Shown here: positions 58,401-64,000 of the stretch, one piece after another
Layout: each line of letters starts with the position of its first letter
How positions within the stretch are numbered: position 1 is the stretch's first letter
From: an uncultured Thermanaerothrix sp.
GTDB lineage: Bacteria; Chloroflexota; Anaerolineae; Anaerolineales; Anaerolineaceae
NCBI GenBank assembly: GCA_964427505.1
Contig: CAYRUO010000007.1
Location: 40,406-104,405, forward strand
Length of the DNA stretch: 64,000 nt
Reading direction: 5' to 3'
Made by a program: the position numbers and the translations under genes
The notes under the pieces: model-generated
Seen by the model: only the letters and a program-made list of their open reading frames with translations
What the model was told of the DNA's origin: nothing
Databases searched by the model: none

Positions 58401-59496
58401 CCATGTCCTCGGCTTCAGGTTCGGGTGCCAGGCCTAAACGACGCGCCTGGTCATAAGTCAGGGCTTCGGGGGTGAGCGGAGAAGCCGCCTCACTTTCAAC
58501 AGCAGATTCCCAAAAGGCATCAATCGCCTGAGGATCGGCGGGAAGCACCGGTTGTTCCAGGCTTTCCACCAGGGGTTGCAGTTCGGCGGCTTCCACCGGT
58601 AGGACTTCTTCCGGTACGATCTCGGCTTCCACACCCGGGGGTAGTGTCAACGGCGGCTCTGGGGGCGGCGGCGCCGTGGTTACGGTGAGATAACCCACCC
58701 CCATCTCATCCAAAATGCGCGCAACCTCTTGCGCCGCTTGTAACACCGCCTCAAACGCCAACGGCAACCGCACCGCGCTCTCACTCGCGGGAGTGACCAA
58801 CACCAATGCAAACACCCCCACCGGCGCAAAAAGAAGGTCTACCTCGGCGCCTTTGAACGCCGTAACCCCTTGCGGCGGACCGGGACGAATCAGGCGCGAG
58901 ACCTTAACGTTAGCACTAAGGGCCGCCATCAACGGCGGGATCCACTCGCTTTCAAAATAAGCCGGTAGCCACTCGCCAGCCTGGGCTACAATGTGCCCTC
59001 GATCATCCAGCAGGAAGACCGCATGCGCATTCACGGCTTGGCGTAGGCGCCCCAGACGTACTGCCAAGCGGGGCGTCTCCTCTCCCGTGCCGGGCACGGT
59101 TTCGGCAGGCGGGGGCGGCGCAGTGGGCAGCCCCAGCACCTCGGCCACCGCATCCAGAAAGGTGTTCATACTAAGGGGCTTGCGCAGAAAACGCACCGCA
59201 CCGACTTCCTGAGCGCGTTGCGCCAATCCTTCCTCGGTAAGCGCCGTGATTAAAATGCAGGGCGTCTGAGGAAAGCGCTGGTGTAACTTCTTAACCAGGT
59301 CAAAGCCCGACATCCCCGGCAAGCGAATATCAGCAATCATCAGGTCGGCACCCTGGCGGGAAACATCCAGCAGGGCTTCCTCTGCCGAAGGTACCACATG
59401 GATCTCCAACGCCGGATCAAGGGTCAATAGGGCACTGCGCAACATTCGCCCTAATTCCAGTGTGTCTTCAACAATTAACACCCGCCGCGCGGCCAT
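58387..59496 (-). CDS. Response regulator: receiver domain, Pro-rich linker, Roadblock/LC7-like domain, acidic Pro/Glu-rich tail
   Basis: Canonical REC (LIVEDT, LMIADIRLPGMSG, ILITALT, LRKPL). The central segment (AVFLLDDRGHIVAQAG...VDLLFAPVGVFALVLV) resembles Roadblock/LC7; that call is tentative. Confidence 0.65.
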   Translation of the reverse strand: MAARRVLIVEDTLELGRMLRSALLTLDPALEIHVVPSAEEALLDVSRQGADLMIADIRLPGMSGFDLVKKLHQRFPQTPCILITALTEEGLAQRAQEVGAVRFLRKPLSMNTFLDAVAEVLGLPTAPPPPAETVPGTGEETPRLAVRLGRLRQAVNAHAVFLLDDRGHIVAQAGEWLPAYFESEWIPPLMAALSANVKVSRLIRPGPPQGVTAFKGAEVDLLFAPVGVFALVLVTPASESAVRLPLAFEAVLQAAQEVARILDEMGVGYLTVTTAPPPPEPPLTLPPGVEAEIVPEEVLPVEAAELQPLVESLEQPVLPADPQAIDAFWESAVESEAASPLTPEALTYDQARRLGLAPEPEAEDMDDNE

Positions 59497-59584
59497 CGGC
59501 TCTCCCCTGATTGGATTCAGTTGAGGCTATTATACAGGATTTTGCCGCCCTCAACCGAGCCTAAAAGACCCTTTACCCCCTGCT

Positions 59585-60517
59585 TTAGGCGGGATACGAC
59601 GCCCGCGAGGACGTCGAGGAAAGCCACGGCTCTGCCCCAAGGCCGGGGGTTACGGTAACGCCGCCATCCTCCGGTGGGAGTGGAATGAACAAAGGATAGC
59701 CATCCGGCGCCGCTTCGGTCATCGCAATACCCACCCCAAATGCCCGGCTTAATAACTCTGGTTGCAGCACTTCGCGCGGGGTTCCCCACGCCCACAACCG
59801 CCCCGCCACCAAAAGCGCCACTCGATCCGCATAGCGAACGGCCTGGTTAAGATCGTGCAGCACCATCAACACCCCCCGCCGCGGGAACGATGAGGTGGCA
59901 CCATTGTCGGCCAGGTGACGCAGGTGCGTCAGCAGGGTCACCTGATACTGCAAATCCAAGTGGGTGGTAGGTTCATCTAAAAGCAGAAACGGCGTTCCCT
60001 GGGCTAATGCGCGCGCCAGCAGTACCCGTTGCAACTCACCACCGGACAGTTCGGCGAGACGGCGCTCAACCAGGTGGGCCGCCTCCACCTGTGCCAAAGC
60101 CTGGTGAGCAATCGCCTCATCCTGAGGCGAAACCTGACCCAAGATATTCACATAAGGGGTGCGCCCTAAAAGCACAGTCTCCCAGACGGTGAAGGCTAAA
60201 GGCAGTTGATGATTCTGGGGCACCACTGCCAAATAGCGCGCCCGCTGCCGAGGTGACGCCCACACCAGGTCAATATTGCCAATGCGGATTTCGCCATCAT
60301 CAGGTGTAAGCACGCCGCTAATTGCCCGAATCAATGTGGATTTACCGGCGCCGTTGGGGCCGATCAGCGCCACAATCTGTCCGCGTTCCAGACTGAGCGA
60401 GACATCCCCCAAGACACGCCGTCCCTGCAGGACGACCGTCACATGCTCAACCGACAATTTGCCAGTCGCATCCGGGTCATGCGAGGCTGATGTTACCTTC
60501 CTAACGTTTAGGTTCAC
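59585..60517 (-). CDS. Iron-siderophore/cobalamin-type ABC transporter ATP-binding protein (FepC/BtuD-like)
   Basis: Walker A GPNGAGKSTL, signature LSGGELQRV, Walker B LLLDEPTTHLD. GTG at 60517 has a GGGAGG RBS and a GTGA overlap with the upstream stop. There is a C-terminal extension of about 50 aa. Confidence 0.85.
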   Translation of the reverse strand: MNLNVRKVTSASHDPDATGKLSVEHVTVVLQGRRVLGDVSLSLERGQIVALIGPNGAGKSTLIRAISGVLTPDDGEIRIGNIDLVWASPRQRARYLAVVPQNHQLPLAFTVWETVLLGRTPYVNILGQVSPQDEAIAHQALAQVEAAHLVERRLAELSGGELQRVLLARALAQGTPFLLLDEPTTHLDLQYQVTLLTHLRHLADNGATSSFPRRGVLMVLHDLNQAVRYADRVALLVAGRLWAWGTPREVLQPELLSRAFGVGIAMTEAAPDGYPLFIPLPPEDGGVTVTPGLGAEPWLSSTSSRASYPA

Positions 60518-61344
60518 TGCACCACCTCCCTCAGATGCGCCTGTAGCCAAGCCGCAGTCTCTAACAGCGAAGGCCCATCGTGAATCAGGTTCTGCCCACG
60601 CTGTACCGTTGAAACGATCACCCGCAGGTCAGGAAGCATCTTATCCCAACCGCGCTCGTGCTTCAATGGTTCTGCATCGAGCGGATATTCCGGTTCGGAA
60701 AAGAGCACCCACACCTGTGGTTGAGCCGCCACTACCGCGCTTAGATCCAACGGCAGATAAGCCGCCGCACGGTAACCGAAAATATTCTGCCCTCCGGCGA
60801 CTTCAATCACATCATGGATGAACGTGAGTGCACCGGGCGTGCGCGGGTGTGGGCCAAACCAGAGTTCCACATAGACACGCGGACGAGGCCGAAGCGCACG
60901 CGCGGCCACCTCCGCCCAACCCGCCTGCCAGCGCGTTAACAGTGCGCGCGCCGCTTGAACCTCTCCCATCAGTCCCCCTAGGATTACCACATTCTCCCAT
61001 ATACCGTAAATGCTATTGGGCAGCGGCAGCACGAACACCGGCCACCCTTGCCGCAAGAGATGTTGTGCGAGAGGACGTTGCACCCCCGTCGTCAGCAATA
61101 GGAGATCCGGCTGTACCTCATGCAAAAGGGATTCATCTACACGCAGGTAATCACCCACGACCGGCACGTTCAAATTAGGCACATAACGCCCACAGTAGGC
61201 AGATACCCCCACTACCCGCTCACCGCACCCCATGGCAAACAATGCCTCGGTCAACCCCGAAACCAAGCTAACCACCCGCTGTGGGGGATAGCGAAATGCC
61301 ACCCCCTGCCCTAAAGCATCGCAAAAAATACGGCGCTTCGTCAT
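60514..61344 (-). CDS. BtuF/FepB-like periplasmic-binding-protein fold (PF01497-like) without a signal peptide
   Basis: RVVSLVSGLTEALFAMG...VVGVS..C and DLLLLT.. motifs typical of class III SBPs. The N-terminus MTKRRIFCDALGQG has no hydrophobic signal sequence. Confidence 0.65.
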   Translation of the reverse strand: MTKRRIFCDALGQGVAFRYPPQRVVSLVSGLTEALFAMGCGERVVGVSAYCGRYVPNLNVPVVGDYLRVDESLLHEVQPDLLLLTTGVQRPLAQHLLRQGWPVFVLPLPNSIYGIWENVVILGGLMGEVQAARALLTRWQAGWAEVAARALRPRPRVYVELWFGPHPRTPGALTFIHDVIEVAGGQNIFGYRAAAYLPLDLSAVVAAQPQVWVLFSEPEYPLDAEPLKHERGWDKMLPDLRVIVSTVQRGQNLIHDGPSLLETAAWLQAHLREVVQ

Positions 61345-61345
61345 T

Positions 61346-62347
61346 TCAGCCTATCCCTTGAGTTTTGCTCCGGCGCAAGAGCCAAAGGAAGAACGGCGCA
61401 CCCGCCAGCGCTGTGATGACCCCCACCGGCAGTTCCTGTGGGGCAAGCAACACCCGCGCCAGCACATCTGCCAGCAGTAATGCTGTCGCCCCGCCCAAGA
61501 TACTGCGCGGGATCAACGCCCGATAATCCGGGCCAAAAAGCAAGCGCATGACATGAGGAACAATGAGGCCGATAAAGCCGATGATCCCGGCAAACGCAAC
61601 CGCGGCGGCGGTGCTGAGGGCAGCCGCCAGCAAGATGCCCATGCGCACACGCGCCACGTTCAACCCCAATTGTTGTGCCTGCTCGTCCCCGAATTGCAAC
61701 ACGTTCAGCGCATGCCCGCTGATCATTAACCCGCCTAATCCGATCAGAAGGTAAGGCAACATGACCCCCACGGCCTGCCATCCCCCCAAGGCAGCGCCCC
61801 CCAGCAACCATGCTAACGCGCGCCGCAACTCCCCTGTGGAACGCAGCATCAAGAACGAGGTTAAGGCTGAGGCAAAGGATGAAACCGCTACCCCCGCCAG
61901 GATCAGATTCGCCGTTGGCAACGCCTGCCCACTGCGCGCCAGGGCCATCACCACCAGCACCGTACCCATCGCGGCGAGGAAAGCCGCCGCCGGCACGGCC
62001 ATCAACCCCCAAAACGAGTATGGCCAGCGCAAACTCATGGCCAGCACCGCCCCCAAGCCGGCTCCCGAAGCCACACCAATTAGATAGGGATCGGCAAGAG
62101 GGTTGCGGAAAAGCCCTTGATAAGCGGCACCGCTTCCACCTAGGGCGGCGCCGGTCAATGCAATTAACACCGTGCGCGGCAGACGAATGTCCCACAGGAT
62201 GGTATGATGGGCGGGATTCGCCGCTTGGCCGAATAAGGCCCGCCAGATTTCCCCCAGCGGGATGCTCACGGCGCCAATGTGCACGCTCAGCGCTAACGCC
62301 GCCCCCAGGGCAAGGACTAGGATGATCCAGGAAGAGGTCTTTTTCAT
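61346..62347 (-). CDS. FecCD/BtuC-family ABC transporter permease
   Basis: Start taken at MKKTSSWIILVLALG. The product contains IRLPRTV, GAALGGSGAAYQGLFRNPLADPYLIGVASGA and GVITALAGAPFFLWLL. The ORF extends upstream to 62620 but overlaps the SBP gene there. Confidence 0.85.
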   Translation of the reverse strand: MKKTSSWIILVLALGAALALSVHIGAVSIPLGEIWRALFGQAANPAHHTILWDIRLPRTVLIALTGAALGGSGAAYQGLFRNPLADPYLIGVASGAGLGAVLAMSLRWPYSFWGLMAVPAAAFLAAMGTVLVVMALARSGQALPTANLILAGVAVSSFASALTSFLMLRSTGELRRALAWLLGGAALGGWQAVGVMLPYLLIGLGGLMISGHALNVLQFGDEQAQQLGLNVARVRMGILLAAALSTAAAVAFAGIIGFIGLIVPHVMRLLFGPDYRALIPRSILGGATALLLADVLARVLLAPQELPVGVITALAGAPFFLWLLRRSKTQGIG

Positions 62348-62402
62348 ATCGGCCAGGTTGCGGCCCCATCCTGATCGTACGATCAGGATAGGGCCAAAGG
62401 AC

Positions 62403-63407
62403 TTATTTGAAGATTTCAGGGTGTAAGATTTTGGCCAGGTTTTCCAGCGCATCCACCAGGCGCGGACCGGGGCGGCTGATAGTATCATCATCAAAGGGGA
62501 TGACCCGCCCCTCTTTGACGGCACGCAGGCCGCTCCATCCGGGACGTTGAGCCACACTTTCCGGCGTGGTGCCCCATTTAGCATCCCCAAGCAGGATAAA
62601 ATCGGGGTCCGCCGCCACAATTTGCTCTAGGCTCATCTGCGCCCAAGCGCTGTCTAACCCTGCGGCGATATTAATGCCCCCCGCGCGGGCGATTAGCGCG
62701 TCGTGGAACGAGCCGGGACCTGCCGTCCAGGGTTTGGCCGGGTCTTGAGAGGCATCCAGTTCATAAAAGACCTTCGGCTTCTGGTTGACCACGGCGATCT
62801 TGGCATCTACCGCCGCTACCCGCGCTTTGAGGCTCTCGATCAGGGCTGTGGCTTCTGCCTCGCGTCCGCACAGCCTCCCCACCACCTCCAAGTTAGTGTA
62901 CAAGTCTTCTAACGTCACCGGGTTAGGCACCAGAAAGACCGTTAACCCTGCCTCTTCCATTGCTTTGACCTGCTCCGGAGATTGAATGCCGGCGGCCAGC
63001 ACCAAATCGGGTTGCAAGGCGACTAATTGTTCTAAGTTGAGGGTTTCCCAGGTGGAACCGATATCGGTAATTGAGACCGCTTCGGGCGGGTAATCCGAGA
63101 ACGAGTCGCGCCCGATGATTTGACTGGCGGCGCCGAGAGCAAACAGGATTTCGGTATTCGAGGGGGCCAGCGAGATGACGCGCTGAGCCGGGGCGTCCAG
63201 CGTCACCACCCGCCCCAAGCCATCGGTGGCGGAAATTTGGGTAAGGGTGGGGGTGGCAACAACCGTAGGGGCCAACGTTGCTGTTGGCAGTTCTATCCGT
63301 GTTTCGGTCACAGTCGGCGTTACCGCAGGTGTGGCCGAAACACAGGCCGTCAGTGTCAGGATGAAAAACAGAGTTAGAACCAGGAAACGGGAAAATGGTT
63401 TCATCAT
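62403..63407 (-). CDS. BtuF/FepB-like substrate-binding lipoprotein (class III SBP)
   Basis: Lipobox LTLTAC, Thr/Pro linker, RVISLAPSNTEILFALGA...IIG and DLVLAAG motifs. GGAG RBS precedes the ATG at 63407. Confidence 0.8.
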   Translation of the reverse strand: MMKPFSRFLVLTLFFILTLTACVSATPAVTPTVTETRIELPTATLAPTVVATPTLTQISATDGLGRVVTLDAPAQRVISLAPSNTEILFALGAASQIIGRDSFSDYPPEAVSITDIGSTWETLNLEQLVALQPDLVLAAGIQSPEQVKAMEEAGLTVFLVPNPVTLEDLYTNLEVVGRLCGREAEATALIESLKARVAAVDAKIAVVNQKPKVFYELDASQDPAKPWTAGPGSFHDALIARAGGINIAAGLDSAWAQMSLEQIVAADPDFILLGDAKWGTTPESVAQRPGWSGLRAVKEGRVIPFDDDTISRPGPRLVDALENLAKILHPEIFK

Positions 63408-63554
63408 TGGCAACTCCATGAACAGACAAACTTATGAAGGGAAAGAACAACTTGTAGGGCCTGAAGCGAAGCCCACTACACACGGCCAAAAGGCCGGTCA
63501 AATGGATTCAAATTCGTGTCATCGTCGTTTCATCCGCGGCTCGGGCAGGTAAAA

Positions 63555-63775
63555 CGCGACCTCCCTGTCGGGGAGACAGGGAGGTGAGAAACCAAGGCTG
63601 CCAGAGCATCGGTTCCCACCTCCTTTCCACGAGAGGCTGGTGAACCCCTACCGGGCGGGCGACCTGGCTGAGAGGGCCTCAACCCTCATCACAGTTGCGG
63701 GACAGCACCGGACTTGCACCGGTTTCGCCTTTAAGCCGCTCCATCCGGGGAGACAGGCACCCGGCAGGTGTTATG
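63555..63775 (-). promoter_or_regulatory. Cobalamin (B12) riboswitch with a downstream hairpin expression platform
   Basis: The minus strand reads ...AAAGGCGAAACCGGTGCAAGTCCGGTGCTGTCCCGCAACTGTGA...CTCAGCCAGGTCGCCCGCCCGG.... This matches the conserved core (GGTG.AA.TCC...CCCGC.ACTGT.A) and the B12-box region. It is followed by the hairpin CCTCCCTGTC-TCCCC-GACAGGGAGG plus TCGCGTTTT (63590..63551). It lies upstream of the btuFCD-like operon. Confidence 0.8.
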
Positions 63776-63831
63776 GGATTGTCAAACTGGGATGATTGTA
63801 AGCGGGGGCGGGGTTCTTGTCAAGAAAAGGA

Positions 63832-63860
63832 TTGCCAAATCTGCCCTTCACGGCTATAAT
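63832..63860 (+). promoter_or_regulatory. Sigma-70 promoter of tRNA-Pro
   Basis: -35 TTGCCA (63832-63837), a 17-nt spacer, then -10 TATAAT (63855-63860), 11 nt upstream of the tRNA 5' end. Confidence 0.6.
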
Positions 63861-63871
63861 AAAGGCTGTCT

Positions 63872-63949
63872 CGGGGCGTGGCGCAGCCCGGCTAGCGCGC
63901 TTGCATGGGGTGCAAGAGGTCCTGGGTTCAAATCCCAGCGCCCCGACCA
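63872..63949 (+). tRNA. tRNA-Pro (anticodon GGG)
   Basis: Manual cloverleaf. Acceptor stem CGGGGCG/CGCCCCG; D stem GCGC/GCGC; anticodon stem CTTGC/GCAAG with loop AT-GGG-GT (G37); T arm CTGGG-TTCAAAT-CCCAG; discriminator A and an encoded CCA. Confidence 0.9.
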
Positions 63950-63976
63950 ATCCCAAAGGGTCTTTTTATTTCTTCT

Positions 63977-64000
63977 ACGGCTCGCACCTGAGCCGTTTTT
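63977..64000 (+). terminator. Probable rho-independent terminator after tRNA-Pro, at the window edge
   Basis: ACGGCTC-GCACCT-GAGCCGT followed by TTTT. The T-run is truncated by the window end. Confidence 0.45.

Noticed and set aside
61341-62369. 342-aa minus-strand ORF in an alternative frame of the FecCD permease gene
   Set aside because: It is on the same strand as the permease gene but in a different frame. The permease frame carries clear family motifs, whereas this frame is Gly/Arg/Ala-rich nonsense.

Overview
Densely coding, high-GC (about 60% by eye) bacterial chromosomal segment. It contains dnaA (14891-16234), preceded by a ~530-bp AT-richer intergenic region that is a candidate oriC. 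A T-box leader on pheST, a cobalamin riboswitch on a btuFCD-like operon, SpoVS, Pro/Thr-rich lipoprotein linkers and group-I ECF transporters suggest a Chloroflexota-like (Anaerolineae/Caldilineae-type) organism; this is inference only, with no search run. Most of the window is housekeeping or transport: an ECF transporter plus nucleoside hydrolase operon, fur-feoB-feoA, a MarR-ABC-2 exporter, rpoD, a receiver-HAMP-adenylate cyclase, an ECF sigma/anti-sigma plus MacAB-like exporter, guaB, thiolase, pheST, holB, an ArsR-thioredoxin-permease module, rpiB, glgC, a P-type ATPase, icd, spoVS and tRNA-Pro(GGG). No rRNA, CRISPR array, transposase, integrase or recognisable defence gene was seen. The main anomaly is a ~3.4-kb low-GC island (about 34.0-37.4 kb) between core genes. 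It carries a frameshifted lipoprotein gene, a secreted Trp/Cys-rich protein, a translationally coupled 3-TM protein, and a membrane-tethered LuxR-type regulator whose TM domain is a paralogue of that 3-TM protein. This is the best candidate for an undescribed module. All calls come from reading the ORF translations and the nucleotide sequence. Start codons were refined by eye from RBS context and are approximate.
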